A stretch of 64,000 nt of DNA, from positions 62,001-126,000 of the forward strand of contig JBDOQK010000010.1 in NCBI GenBank assembly GCA_040437565.1, in the 5' to 3' direction. The notes below the pieces were generated by a model, which searched no databases, was not told the DNA's origin, and saw only the letters and a list, made by a program, of their open reading frames with translations. This stretch comes from Albugo candida (Eukaryota). Positions 1-15,291 of this stretch are shown one piece after another (within the stretch, counting starts at the first letter, position 1; the number at the start of each line of letters is the position of its first letter). Both the position numbers and the translations under genes were made by a program.

Positions 1-492
1 AACGAGCTCTCCAACGTCTCTCAGCGAACCATGCAAAGTTACTTCCAAAACCGAACTCTACGCTGCACAGTCTTCATCGCTTCATCGTATGCCAGGCGAC
101 CAATACAATTCGAACACTCGTGACCGATAGCTATTCTNNNNNNNNNNNNNNNNNNNNNNNNNNNNNNNNNNNNNNNNNNNNNNNNNNNNNNNNNNNNNNN
201 NNNNNNNNNNNNNNNNNNNNNNNNNNNNNNNNNNNNNCATACGTTCAATGATACGCTAAACTAGATGTTTGTAAAACCATCATCCTAAGTCAGAAATCGT
301 CTATTTGCCGTCGTCAAGCCAGATTGCATGTCATTTCACTGTAGCCACCTATATCAATAAACCCGTGTATCTTCCTCACAAAGCGATAAAATAAGCGACG
401 ACAAAGCTGTTCAGTATTCGTTGAAGTGAAATAAGGTACTGATGTCACAAATTAGGATTCTATAAACGCATACGTCGACACGACAAATATCA

Positions 493-2061
493 ATGGCATT
501 ATCGGATCCACAAGAACGCGCGCATTATGAATCTGTTCTCATGTCTTTTCGTGAATACGAATCATATTTGCTCCGAGAGATCTTTCGAAGAAAACGAGCT
601 CTCCAACGTCTCTCAGCGAACCATGCAAAGTTACTTCCAAAACCGAACTCTACGCTGCACAGTCTTCATCGCTTCATCGTATGCCAGGCGACCAATACAA
701 TTCGAACACTCGTGACCGATAGCTATTCTGCTTGATAGAATGCAGCACACGCAAACCAGCTGTTTCTCGAACGAATTGTTCAGGAGCAGTTGCGAAGCGG
801 TCCAGTAGTTGACTTGCCCACAATCAACCCACGAGCAAACTTACAGAGTCCTCCGCGACATTTATCAAAGTTGAAAAGCACCTTACACCAGTTCGTACGC
901 GATTGGTCTGCAGAAGTACGATCCCTGACATGGAATTCAAAGGCTATTTTATGCAGTGAGGATGTAGGGAGAAGCAGAGCGTGAGCAGTGCTACAGACCC
1001 ATTCTCGACGAGCTGGAAAAAGTCCTACCTGTCAGCGACAAGAACAGGTTTATGTCAAAATTTAGTCACATCATTACCTAAAGCGTCGATCTATAAGAAA
1101 CAAACAGAAAGTGCTTGTTCCTGGTGCAGGGCTCGGAAGACTGACTTTAGAAATTGCCGCGAAAGGTAAAATTTCTGCCAAGAACTCCATTTGCATATTG
1201 CCTCAGATTAACTGTCGATTAGGCTACGCAACGCAGGGAAATGAGTTTTCGTATCAGATGTTGTTTGCTAGCAATTTCATTCTGAATTGGTGGGCGATAA
1301 TCGATACCTATTGACTCGGCTGCTAATTTTCATATGTGCACTTGTCATATGAAAGCATAAGCAACAAAGAGGAATTCACCATTCACCCATGGATTCATAA
1401 TTCTTCCAATCATCTCAGTGTTGACGATGCATTACGCTCCATCGCTATTCCAGATGTTGTTCCTGGAAGTTTATTCGCTCTCAATCATGGTAAGTGGTAC
1501 CCTCCAAAAACGCAGCCGAGGAAGTAACAACTGCACATTTTCCTAAGATAATGTTCCTGACTTTTCCATGTGCGCTGGCGAATTTCTTGAAGCGTACTCG
1601 AAGGACACAGGTGGAGTCCAGCAATGTGATGGGATAGCAACGAAATCCAACTAACATTTTCTTACGCAGCATGTTGGGACTGCATCGTGACTTGTTTCTT
1701 CATCGATGCTGCTCCCAATGTTATAGAGTACATAGAGGCAATCAGGCGCTTGCTTCGACCTGGAGGAGTGTGGATCAATCTCGGACCGCTATTATATCAC
1801 TGGCAGAGCTTTGGGGATTCGGATGCTAACGATGACCCTCGGTATGCGGAATCGATCGAATTAAGTCACGAAGAGCTTAAAGTTGTCATGAAGCGAGTTG
1901 GATTCACTATCCAGGCAAGATAGTGTATCACTACAAGTCCAAACTAACTCATCAATTTTCTGTAGCGAGAAGAAGTCAAAGAATGCGTGTATACGAGAAA
2001 TATCAAATCGCTCATGCACACAACGTATAATTGTGTGTTTTTCACAGCTTTGAGACAATAA
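493..2061 (+). CDS. CARNMT1: Carnosine N-methyltransferase / N2227-like SAM methyltransferase, multi-exon
   Basis: Exon peptides [22 protein letters not shown] (SAM motif), [10 protein letters not shown] and [20 protein letters not shown] are joined by short introns (e.g. GT679-AG738). The last exon, 1966-2061, ends [11 protein letters not shown]. Confidence 0.88.
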
Positions 2062-2081
2062 ATTTTGCTTTTTTGCTTCAA

Positions 2082-2397
2082 TCAGTCCAAATCTTCATCA
2101 TCAAAATCGTCCTCTAGCGGTCGAATCTCTTTCGTGTGTACTGGGGACTCATCAAACCGCTCCAATTCGCAATCTTCAATCAGAAATCCTTCGCTCCCAC
2201 CCTTCACACCCGGCGGATACTCAGACTTGAGCGTTAGTTTCGTCTTCGCAGAGGGCGTTGCAGGTCGAGGAGGAGTTTCCATAGNNNNNNNNNNNNNNNN
2301 NNNNNNNNNNNNNNNNNNNNNNNNNNNNNNNNNNNNNNNNNNNNNNNNNNNNNNNNNNNNNNNNNNNNNNNNNNNNNNNNNNNNGAGGAGTTTCCAT
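2082..2397 (-). CDS. Small (66 aa) acidic hypothetical protein; 5' end duplicated across the gap (ATG at 2282 and at 2397)
   Basis: ORF METPPRP...EDDFDDEDLD* fills the space between the CARNMT1 3' end and the RPN11 5' end. No family confidently recognised. Confidence 0.5.
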
Positions 2398-2485
2398 AGT
2401 TGCCGCGCCCAAAGTTGACGTATAAAACACTAAATAAGAAGTGGCTAGACTGTAATTTTCTCTGTATCTTTAACAAAAGTTGGAC

Positions 2486-3590
<1,105 letters not shown>

Positions 3591-5244
3591 AGCAGTGAGC
3601 AAAACATCGAGCAAACATATTCTGATAAAGAAATGCACACACTAATAGCGTAAACCCCAATTCTTTGAGAAGTTCTGATTGTCTATGCTTTTGTCTTGCA
3701 CAAAATTCTCAACATGTCCGCTCATGCGGAACGAAACAGTAGGATAGCGAAGGCATACTCACAGTCGTAGGCGGTACTAGTCAATGAGACGAAGGGCTAC
3801 AAGTAGAACGAATCTGAAAAGTACAGCCATTCGCTCTGCTTTAATTGGCTCTCGCGTTGACCATCACTTGAGTGGCAACAAACGGAGGAAGAGCTCACAA
3901 TTGTCGCTCATATCATACCTCACAGACCTACTTGCAATGACGCAATGAATGGGGATCGCTTTATCTCAGCGCCATTAAAAAGCCAAGATGCATCGATCAA
4001 AGTGAAGATATATGGATTGGACGCCTCGACACGTCCTACACAATATGCTACAACGTCGCAGTCTATGTCAAAAATAAATGGAGCAGCAGATCTTCAAAAA
4101 GCACCTATTCCGACTCGCTCTTGAAGCTAGACTCACCATCACGATCCAGTTCAGCTCAATCTTCTGATGCAATAGAGGATCGATTCAAGACATTTACACG
4201 CTCAACAGTGAAATGAGTCAGTGCATATACGGCAAGAAAGTTTGTTCGCCCGTATATAATAGATTTTCACCACAAAAGATGTCGCTTGTTCAGAGAGCGC
4301 GAGCAACGAGAAGACATGTAGAAATTCCAGGAAGCTTTGTCGTTTGTAGGGGATTGGCGGCTTTTAATATGTTCTTTCGGTGGGCTCATCGCACTCGTAT
4401 GCGGTACCGAGATAGAAGATGACCCCAATTCGACCCTGTGGAATACCTTTCCCGCTCTGGAGATAGCATCTCTCAAACCAGGTACGTTGTAGAGGTATCT
4501 CTGAAAGGCTTGAATGGCGGAGGCGTAAAGCAAGAACTTCTATGTGAGAACCCTCATTATTGCAAGTGTTGCGGCAACTGAGGAAAGAAATCAAATGTTC
4601 AAGCGCCAGTCGAGAGAATAGGCGAAGGGAAGACAGCACTTTGCGTGCGATGTCCTCTTATAAAGTTCATACAGCTAATACCTTTGATAGTATGTGATTG
4701 GTTCGTTCTCAATGTGCTTATTCATTCAATCAGACGACAAATGCCAATGAGACAGAAGCTAGGTACCCGGACATTTTCAGCTCACGAAAAGCTATTTCAC
4801 AAAGCGAAAATCGCATTACAGAGAGAATTCAAGCGCATCAAACTGTTCCACATCCGTAAAATCGTGCAACAACTCAAAAAGCTACAAACTGAATCCTCAC
4901 AATGCGCATCAACTGAATCTACTCAGACACAGCTTTCCAAACTGAAACATAAATACGATACGCTAAAGGTACGCAATCATTCATTTGATTTTAGGATTAC
5001 TTACAGCATGTAACAATCTACAGGGCATTGATCAAGATGATCTTGTTGGATTAGCACTGCAAAANNNNNNNNNNNNNNNNNNNNNNNNNNNNNNNNNNNN
5101 NNNNNNNNNNNNNNNNNNNNNNNNNNNNNNNNNNNNNNNNNNNNNNNNNNNNNNNNNNNNNNNNTAAAGTTCATACAGCTAATACCTTTGATAGTATGTG
5201 ATTGGTTCGTTCTCAATGTGCTTATTCATTCAATCAGACGACAA

Positions 5245-6414
5245 ATGCCAATGAGACAGAAGCTAGGTACCCGGACATTTTCAGCTCACGAAAAGCTATT
5301 TCACAAAGCGAAAATCGCATTACAGAGAGAATTCAAGCGCATCAAACTGTTCCACATCCGTAAAATCGTGCAACAACTCAAAAAGCTACAAACTGAATCC
5401 TCACAATGCGCATCAACTGAATCTACTCAGACACAGCTTTCCAAACTGAAACATAAATACGATACGCTAAAGGTACGCAATCATTCATTTGATTTTAGGA
5501 TTACTTACAGCATGTAACAATCTACAGGGCATTGATCAAGATGATCTTGTTGGATTAGCACTGCAAAAGACGCGATTTTTGCATGTCTTCGACGACCTCC
5601 AAGAACTTCGCACGCACTATGAACGTGAGAAGCCAGAATCTATTGAAGAGAAACAGCTGAAGAATAAGTTGATTTCGCATAAACGTCTCCAGCCCATATA
5701 TGACTCCATGGACCAAATGTACTCGATTCGATTTTCCCCTCCCTTTCGATCTGATCTGTTACATGTTGCTTCCTAGTGTGAAGAATGAGATACGTAAACA
5801 GGATAAAAGCGAGGCTCGTGCGATGAAGAGTAAACAGAAGAAAGAGGTTGGCCATAATCGATGTACTTTGAGAAATCTGACTGACTGTTTGGTAGGTTTT
5901 GGTTGGAGGGCGTAGCAATAGAGCTCCGGAATCTCTTTTCCTCTCAACTCTGTCGGGTTCAAACCATGCTCAGAACAACTATGACGAGGAAGGGATTGAT
6001 TCAAATGATGATGTTGCGGAGTTTTTAGGCGAAAGTAAAAAAAAGAAAAATCGACCTGGTCAGATGGCGCGAAGACAGAAGGCGATACGGAGAGAACAGG
6101 AAATGCTTACAGATCAACGGCGAAGGCAAAAAACGACTAAATATGGCCCCAGTCGATGTACCTCAGCACCAATATCTTCAAAACTAAGTAGATCGAAACC
6201 AACAGGAAGAGCTGTTTCCGACACGACACGATATATTGCAGCTTCAGTCCCTTCGGAACGCACTGGAGCGAAACTAAAACAAGGATCGTCCATTACAACA
6301 CCAGTGAATGATGACCATCCATCTTGGCAGGCCAAACGAATGTTAAAAGAGAAGGAGAGACTGCTGATTGCTGCTCCAGTAGGCAAAAAGATCCGATTTG
6401 GGGACGATGAATAG
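5245..6414 (+). CDS. BUD22/SRFBP1-like ribosome biogenesis protein, spliced (5' part duplicated at ~4665-5063 across the gap)
   Basis: C-terminal motifs KKKKNRPGQMARRQK, DDHPSWQAKR and PVGKKIRFGDD are typical of the Bud22/SRFBP1 C-terminus; basic helical N-terminus. Confidence 0.8.
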
Positions 6415-7189
6415 ACATATCACTTTTCTTGGAACCATTTTATAAATGTTGTACGAGCACATCCATTAAGCTTACAGGAATCACTGATTATTTGTATAAA
6501 GTATGAAAACCCCAAGAATGTGAGATTACAGTAGCAACATTCGAGTCACCTAAAGGTCTTGTCATGACGGAGCACCAAAAGTTCTCTATTCTCTCACTAA
6601 AGCATAACTAAGCCGATGGTCGCTACAAGTACGCAGGTGGTTGACGGCTTTTTCAAAGTAGTACGCGACCAGAAAGTGTGAGTATAAACGCAACTATATT
6701 TTCCCTAACAGTCTCCTTGAGAACTTGGCTCTTTAGACAAGATACAATACACCATCACGCCCCATGAGTACTATCTACAAATATCGTCCACTTTTCAAAT
6801 AGAACCTCATCGTATAATCGTCAAAAGATGCTTATCAGACCAATTTCAAGATCATGAACCTCACCGTCTACCACTCTGTGTTATTTTGTGCCTGGTACAT
6901 GGTACGCCCTACCCTTTACACAAGTTTTTTTAAATTTTAAGCGCTGGTTATAAAGTGTTTGGAAATCGTTGTTATGTGACGGTGCTGCTTAGCGTAGTGT
7001 AAAGAGTATCACTTACAAGTACGATCCGCATAGCATCTACTTGTACTAACGGAAACTTGTCCGTACCGCTAGTATCAGATCACATAGCGTTGTCCACTTT
7101 CCATACAGTGAGTCGGTGTGCTCCGATCTTCCGCAACATAGAGTATCTTTCAAACGCTGATTTGCTAATTCGTATTATAATAACATTAT

Positions 7190-10100
7190 ATGTCCACTAC
7201 CGATGCATTTCGCTGCTCCGACACAAAAACAGACAAAGAAGTCGGTTCGGTGACTCGGTATTCAGACTGCGACTCGTATCAGTTGCCGTCAGATAATCGC
7301 GTCCCCATTGCATCACCACAGCATGTCGTTGTTGGCATCAGCGCTTCCGTTCAGGATGAAGTAGAGGATTGGTCGAGTGATTTTCAACTTGGAAGCTATC
7401 GAGTGTTACCATCGACCCAAATTGCATCTTCGTGGAGTATCAAACATAAAGTATCACATCCAAGAACGCAGAGCTTACAGAGAGGAAGAGACTCAATCGA
7501 ACGAGAATCGAGATACATGAAACGACGGGCAATGAGTGGGAGTGTTTCGTGGACGTGGTATCGTCGAAATCTGTCAAAGCAAAAGCTGAATAAGGCCAGG
7601 ATGGCACGTTTGTTAGCTGAACGGAAGCGCCTGCGGGCTGTGTCAAAAACGGTAGAACGGCCCAAAAGAGCTGACAGCGTCGAAATAGTACAAGCCGACA
7701 ACCAATGTTTGGAGGCTAAAGTGCAAGAAACAATGGATCAGGGACATGACGTAAACGTCTATGGAAACCAAGTAGTAGCGTACGGGCTTGAGGAAGATGA
7801 CATACAGGCAGAAATAGATGGACCGGAGCTGGATGAGAGTGAGACAGAAGACTGGGATGCTGAATTTGGATTCACGAATACGAGCGAAGACGAAGAAGCA
7901 TCTCATACAAATGGAAAAGGAGTAGGCTCTGAGAATTTCGAAACCTTTTTAAAAGCATTTCACGATATGATTGGTAACGATAGTATCGATGGCGATGAGC
8001 AAGATATGCTCCAGAAAGTGAGATCACGTTCGTGTTCCAATGAAAAGTCAAACTCTCTCCAAAGATCATGGACCGAATCTTTTTCACCGTCTACCCGGGA
8101 AGCTTGTGTGCCCCTAAGCGGCATTGGAGGATGTAGTCAAGCATCCTTGGAGCGTTCCTGGGCAGAATTTACACTAGCCGATCGCTATCGCTTAGTGGAT
8201 GTTGCTCATTCCTCATCCTATGCCGTGAGAATCGAGCGATTTCCAAAGCCTTGTACCACATTCAGCCAAATCGAACAATTCTTATCGGTACCAAATTATT
8301 CCGACGCACATTTCGAACAATGGCTGCAGGAGATTGTGTCCGAGAAAGCAAATTTGACCAAACTTGAAATAACGCGCGCAACCAAACGACCATTATGCTT
8401 ACCGCTCCCTTCGAATCAGCTACAAGACTCGATTCCGCTCCCCGAGAGAAGACAAACTTTGCTGCATACACGTTCCGTTACGAAGGATGTCTATCAAAGA
8501 CTTATCGTATATCGTTACTTTGGACACGTAAAGTCAAGCCAGGATCTAATCCAGCGGTATTATGATCTCATACTCGACATTGGACACAAAAACACATNNN
8601 NNNNNNNNNNNNNNNNNNNNNNNNNNNNNNNNNNNNNNNNNNNNNNNNNNNNNNNNNNNNNNNNNNNNNNNNNNNNNNNNNNNNNNNNNNNNNNNNNCAT
8701 CCTTGGAGCGTTCCTGGGCAGAATTTACACTAGCCGATCGCTATCGCTTAGTGGATGTTGCTCATTCCTCATCCTATGCCGTGAGAATCGAGCGATTTCC
8801 AAAGCCTTGTACCACATTCAGCCAAATCGAACAATTCTTATCGGTACCAAATTATTCCGACGCACATTTCGAACAATGGCTGCAGGAGATTGTGTCCGAG
8901 AAAGCAAATTTGACCAAACTTGAAATAACGCGCGCAACCAAACGACCATTATGCTTACCGCTCCCTTCGAATCAGCTACAAGACTCGATTCCGCTCCCCG
9001 AGAGAAGACAAACTTTGCTGCATACACGTTCCGTTACGAAGGATGTCTATCAAAGACTTATCGTATATCGTTACTTTGGACACGTAAAGTCAAGCCAGGA
9101 TCTAATCCAGCGGTATTATGATCTCATACTCGACATTGGACACAAAAACACATCTACAAATGTGACCTCAAATCTTACAATACAATCAGAAATGCCGTAT
9201 TTGGACAGTATATGCGCGTCGCCGCTCATTCTTGAGATATTGATGGAAGCAGCTCGCGTGTTTGGTCCCAATCTCCCGGCAAACGCTCGATCAAACACGG
9301 ACTCTCAAAAGTCATGCAAACAATTTCAGCGTTTTCTTGATTTGACGGCGATGGCAATTCCAGCGTACAGAAACTTGCTTGCTTTAATAGAGCTGCGTTA
9401 TGTATGTCATCACTTAGTATACTTTACTAATTTGGAGAATTTTCGATACGAATGGTTGATCTGTGACCAATTTCCACCATTTTTACCGATGGAACCGATT
9501 CTGAATGGAGCTTCCACGTTAGTCATTGAGGTTCTCGAATTTTACGGAGCTTTGTTTTCCGTCTGCAATGGTCTGATCGACCTGGAAACCTCTAATAAAC
9601 AAGCACATGTATCGTCTCCTAACATCAAGGTTCCAGACACTTGTCCAGATGCATTCCAGCCTGTCTGGTACGGAACGATGAGTGACGCGGTCTACTTGCA
9701 AGCACTTGTTCTTTGTGACATTCAAAATCTCTACGATGGAAAAAGCGCGCTGATAGAAAGTAGCATCCCCGGACTCTGTGATCTCGTTGACTACGAATCT
9801 GATAGGAGCAGCTTTTATAGTCGCCGGGAAAGTGAGGAAGCAAACAGCGCGCGATCAAGTAAAAGTCCAGGTCGTTCAAGTCTTGATGACGGTGCTGTTT
9901 GGAATTCCGTACTACAAATGCTACTTCTACTACGTCATGATAACGAAGCTCGGAAAATCGCGCTAGAGACGTTATATGAGCGGATACCGATTGGAGTGGG
10001 AGCTTTGGTCAAGGCGAAATGTGCGATTACTTTAAGTGGACTGCATTGTATCAGTTCGACCGGAAGCATGAAGACAGCCGAGTCCTTCGCGTATGAAGGT

Positions 10101-13100
10101 CTATGTCTGCTGGAGGATTGTACCAGGAAGCAATTTGGTCAAGCCCNNNNNNNNNNNNNNNNNNNNNNNNNNNNNNNNNNNNNNNNNNNNNNNNNNNNNN
10201 NNNNNNNNNNNNNNNNNNNNNNNNNNNNNNNNNNNNNNNNNNNNNNAGCACTTGTTCTTTGTGACATTCAAAATCTCTACGATGGAAAAAGCGCGCTGAT
10301 AGAAAGTAGCATCCCCGGACTCTGTGATCTCGTTGACTACGATTCTGATAGGAGCAGCTTTTATAGTCGCCGGGAAAGTGAGGAAGCAAACAGCGCGCGG
10401 TCAAGTAAAAGTCCAGGTCGTTCAAGTCTTGATGACGGTGCTGTTTGGAATTCCGTACTACAAATGCTACTTCTACTACGTCATGATAACGAAGCTCGGA
10501 AAATCGCGCTAGAGACGTTATATGAGCGGATACCGATTGGAGTGGGAGCTTTGGTCAAGGCGAAATGTGCGATTACTTTAAGTGGACTGCATTGTATCAG
10601 TTCGACCGGAAGCATGAAGACAGCCGAGTCCTTCGCGTATGAAGGTCTATGTCTGCTGGAGGATTGTACCAGGAAGCAATTTGGTCAAGCCCAGATGCAT
10701 TTCGGGGATCATGATAATTGCCTGAGGCTCATGTACAATGACAGCCTCGTGTCAGAGTTGGGACGAGAGACTTTTGAGCTTTTAGGCAACATTTTGATCA
10801 GAAATCAAAAGTATCGATATGGGATTCAATGTCTGGAAGCCTCTTGTGCCCTGTATAGTTTATTGTATCAGTATCGGGATCATGAAAAGCTTATTCGCCA
10901 CATGTGCGCCTTAGCGATCGAAGCAGAGGATATTGATCGAGCGCTACTTCTGCATGATTCTGTATTAAAGTCAGCACAAGCGCACGGGAATGTCAATGAG
11001 TACGTGTATCTGACTCAAATTATGGCGAATCTTTGGACGCGTCAAGGCAATTTCATAAGAGCTGAAAAGGTCGTCTTCACTGCATTGCAATACCTTCGTG
11101 AGAACTGTGGCCTCTTACCTCATTATTTCTCCCAAACGATCACCATCTCGCCAGTACCCGATGCTTATTCGTTCAGCTCGCGTTCAGCAACACTCACGAC
11201 CAGCTCTATCTCATTAGGGTCGACCTCTCGAAGTCTACATTCGAGCGAGTGTGACACTTGGCTCAATCACGACATCTCTCTCCATCTCGTCTTGCGCGAT
11301 ATCTATCGGTCTAGTGGCCGGGGACATACTGCATTACGTGTTGTGAATCACGTGCTCTGTTATTCGCTTCGTCTGCCTCGCGGGAAGCGTAATCTCTTAC
11401 GAATGATTCTAGCGGAAGATGCACTCAGAAATCGGATGAGCGATGTCAGTCAAGTCACACTGCACCAACTTGAGCAAGAAGCATTGTTATCACCTGATCG
11501 GAATCGAGAAGTCGAAGGTGATCATGGCGTGAAAGACAACAACTCTGTCTCTCGCAACATCAGTCTCGGAATTGAGGCTCGATTATGCCACGAGCTCGTT
11601 GTTTCAACACGATACATCATGTGCCGAGTCAAGTCCCATTTACACCGCAAAGAATACTTTCAAGCGTTTGCGTGGGTGACAATCGCACAATTGAGAAGTG
11701 AAGATAAAAGCCTACGCTTTCAAGCAAAATTGGTCTATTTGGACGGAAAAATTGTACACGAATGGTCCCGTGAAAGAATCTCTAGCAAGCTCAACAATGC
11801 AACAAAAGCCAATGCGCCATTTGTTGCCAATATCATACAAATTCTCAAGTACTTTGAATCGTCCGTGTTTTCATTATCAATGCAGGAACAAGAAAAGCTG
11901 CAAGAGAGACTCGAGTTGTTTCGAAGCTGTAGTAAAGATCTACAACAAAGTATCAAGTACGGGATTCAGGCGTATTGGAATGCGTTTGAAAAGTTTCAAA
12001 CGCTGGATGATGTTCTGAACCAGCTGAAGACGCTTTTGTGCATTGTGAGCTTTCATATCGAGCCCGTTCGACAAGCTGTGATGGTTGGCGCCGATTATGT
12101 CGAGATTCTGGTTCAATTATACTGGTCTGAAGATTGCTCAAACAAGAAGTTGATGTGTGAACGGCTGAAGAAGGTGATGGAAGATACCCGCAGCTCACTA
12201 CTGGAAGCTCAGAAACTTTTGCGATCGATTATGAATCTGTCAGAACAAGCTGCAGACCCAGCGTATCATCTTCGAACGTTGATTGCATGCGTCGATATTT
12301 CCATTTTACTTGAAAAAGTGATTCCGTTCCATTCTGTTCGATATATCAAACAAGCTGGTGCTTACTGGAAAGAAGCTNNNNNNNNNNNNNNNNNNNNNNN
12401 NNNNNNNNNNNNNNNNNNNNNNNNNNNNNNNNNNNNNNNNNNNNNNNNNNNNNNNNNNNNNNNNNNNNNNNNNNNNNTTATACTGGTCTGAAGATTGCTC
12501 AAACAAGAAGTTGATGTGTGAACGGCTGAAGAAGGTGATGGAAGATACCCGCAGCTCACTACTGGAAGCTCAGAAACTTTTGCGATCGATTATGAATCTG
12601 TCAGAACAAGCTGCAGACCCAGCGTATCATCTTCGAACGTTGATTGCATGCGTCGATATTTCCATTTTACTTGAAAAAGTGATTCCGTTCCATTCTGTTC
12701 GATATATCAAACAAGCTGGTGCTTACTGGAAAGAAGCTGTAAAGCTGCTACTGAGTGTTTTTTTTCGGAGAGTGGCAGTCACTTGTCGACCTTCGGCGTA
12801 TGGAGGCAAACTCTGGGATAAAGCAAGCTTACGATCGCGAGCATTTGCGTTGCTGCCAATTCTCAATTTCCGCGAAACGTGGATTCTTCGCTTACACGAC
12901 TGTGTGTCTTCGCTCTTAACGAGTGCTGGGCAATTACTGCAGAGTCCTCGTGTCCCAAGCTACCTCGAGCTGATGCTGCATCGGTATTTGGATGAGCTTG
13001 TGAGCGCTCAATTAGGCTTAACAAGTATCGCACACCATTCTCGATCGTATGCTGCTAGTGAAGCTGCCAAATGGTTGCGAACAAATGTATCCAGTGATGG

Positions 13101-15291
13101 CTGTCATCCAACTTTGTCATCCAGATTATCAAGACAAAAGCTTTCAATGGATGATACGGTCACCTGTCGTGTGAAATCACCAGCTGTCTCTGTAGATTCG
13201 AGTAAGACCCCATCCAAAGGCCGAGAAATCCACCGTATGAACCTATCGATGTCTTCCATATCGGAGCTACTGGCTACTAATATCATTATACCTTCATCTG
13301 CTCAAGATACTTTATATTCGTGTTGGGGCAGATCTCCAAAAACAGGGCTTGCGTTTATCAACAGTTCCGGTGAGAACGATGACAGCAATTTGATTCGCTT
13401 CGTTCCAACGGTGTTGGAAGAGTATGATCATTCCGCATACAGCGCAGACTTGAAATCGTCTCGGACAAGGGGCCGATCGGCCTCTACGCTGTACGGTGAC
13501 GCAGCTGTCTCCGATCGCCGTCAGCTATCTCAAGTCGAGGACGAGGAAAGCTCTGAACAAAAATCCGATACTGATGAAGCACAACGACTTCTCAAGTCGG
13601 TCGATAGTGTGGAGATCTCGAAGCTCTGGTGGATATTCAATTCGTGGACGTATGCCAGGACGAAATATTGCAATGGTAAAATTGAAATCACGGCCTTGCG
13701 ATATCAAAACTTGCGCACTTTAAGGCAATTGTTGGATGCATTTGATCCTCAGCACACAACGAGTCCTGACGCGGTGCCCGTAGGAATGCAATTGTATAAC
13801 GTGATGGAGATTCATTCCCGTGCGTTCTATCAGTACCGTGATCACATGTTCTTCATGGACTACGATATTGCTCACAATGAATATGATATTCCATCATTTC
13901 AGCTGAAATCATTTCCATTTGAAGCGGGGCAGGTAGCAAATTGGATCGAGCAACTCCCACGGCCGGATTGGTACTTGACAAAACACCACAATGCCGAGAG
14001 TGATATGGGAAACCCTGGTGCTGGCATCTTCAATACATTGAGATTTTTGGGCATTAAAAACACACTAAATGTCTTGAGCTCCTTGCTGCTTGAAAAACCG
14101 CTGATCGTGCTTGGCTCATCCTTTGGTCATGTTCAGCAAGCGATTATGACTCTGATCAAATTATTGCAACCTTTCCAGTGGCCATATATTTGCATTCCAT
14201 TCTTACCGATCTCATCGTGGAAATTCCTGCACGAGTCGATACTTTCCCATCTTTCTTGGCAGCAATACTCCAACGATGCTCAAAGCTCCTTTCAAGGACG
14301 TTGGAATTCGTTCTTCTCCAGCACTATGCATGAGACCGGCATAACGACTCCGACACTGAAAAATTGTCCACGACACCAATCTGGAGCCCCATTCATCATT
14401 GGAATTGTTGGTGAGACTTGGCAGATGGTCACACAACAGCTCAAGGCGACATTTGAAGGCGAAATGAGTTCCATCAACTGCACAGGCGCATGCACTGGAA
14501 GTAGTCGATGGGAAGAACGCTACTTCTCTGGAAGAATCAACATAATCGATCTTGATAAACCCACTGCTTCAATGATCTCGGTCACGAACGGTACCAATTT
14601 TCCCCGATTGTGGCGAAAGAATTTGGTGGATCATATGCGGAAGCTTGTGCAGCAAACGCGACGAAAGAAGAGAAAATCGTTTCTGTGGAATTCCAAAAAG
14701 TTATCTTTGCTCGATATTTTACACTTGTCGCGATCACAAGACGGTCGAGAAGTTTGTGATTTCTCTTCTGGTGAGGGCTTGCATTCACTGCAGGATGAAA
14801 AGCGAGACTTGACTACAGCTTCGCTCGACCACAAGGTCCAAGGACATCAATATGAGTGCAGTATGGAGTGCTGTATGATGTTTCATACTCAGCTTGTAGA
14901 GCTGTACGAGAAACTCATATTGTGTTGTATGGAATCCCAAAAGTATCGAAATACTTGCAGGAAAAAACCATTCAAATCGTACGAGCTGAAAATTTGGTTC
15001 TCTTCCTCACGCGAAATCGAGCATTATGCAAAAAAATTTGTCAATTCAAAACTATATTCCGAATACGTCGAAAAGAGATCGGAGCAAGGATTACTTCCAT
15101 TACCACGCACGTGTCTCCAGTACCAGCAATCACACGTTCGTTCTGTGTCATCGCGAGTGACACCTAAACGGCCGCAATGGTTACATGGAAGCAATAACGC
15201 GAGCAATGTCTCACACTCCTCCTCGTGGACTTCTCTCGGTCTCAGCGGTTTATTCTCCAGCACAACCACTACATCTTCCGGCAAGTTTTAG
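7190..15291 (+). CDS. Large (~2212 aa after collapsing gap overlaps) helical-repeat protein with C-terminal DENN domain
   Basis: Removing the three gap-associated offsets (556, 546 and 361 nt) leaves 6639 nt, one open frame. cDENN motifs LLLEKPLIVLGSS, LLQPFQWPYICIPFLP and APFIIGI. TPR-like helices around 10760-11100. Confidence 0.8.

Noticed and set aside
3650-4660. Short ORFs on both strands between RPN11 and BUD22 (e.g. WQQTEEELTIV on +, LYASAIQAFQRYLY on -)
   Set aside because: A spliced gene may exist here, but I could not build a consistent exon chain or recognise a family.
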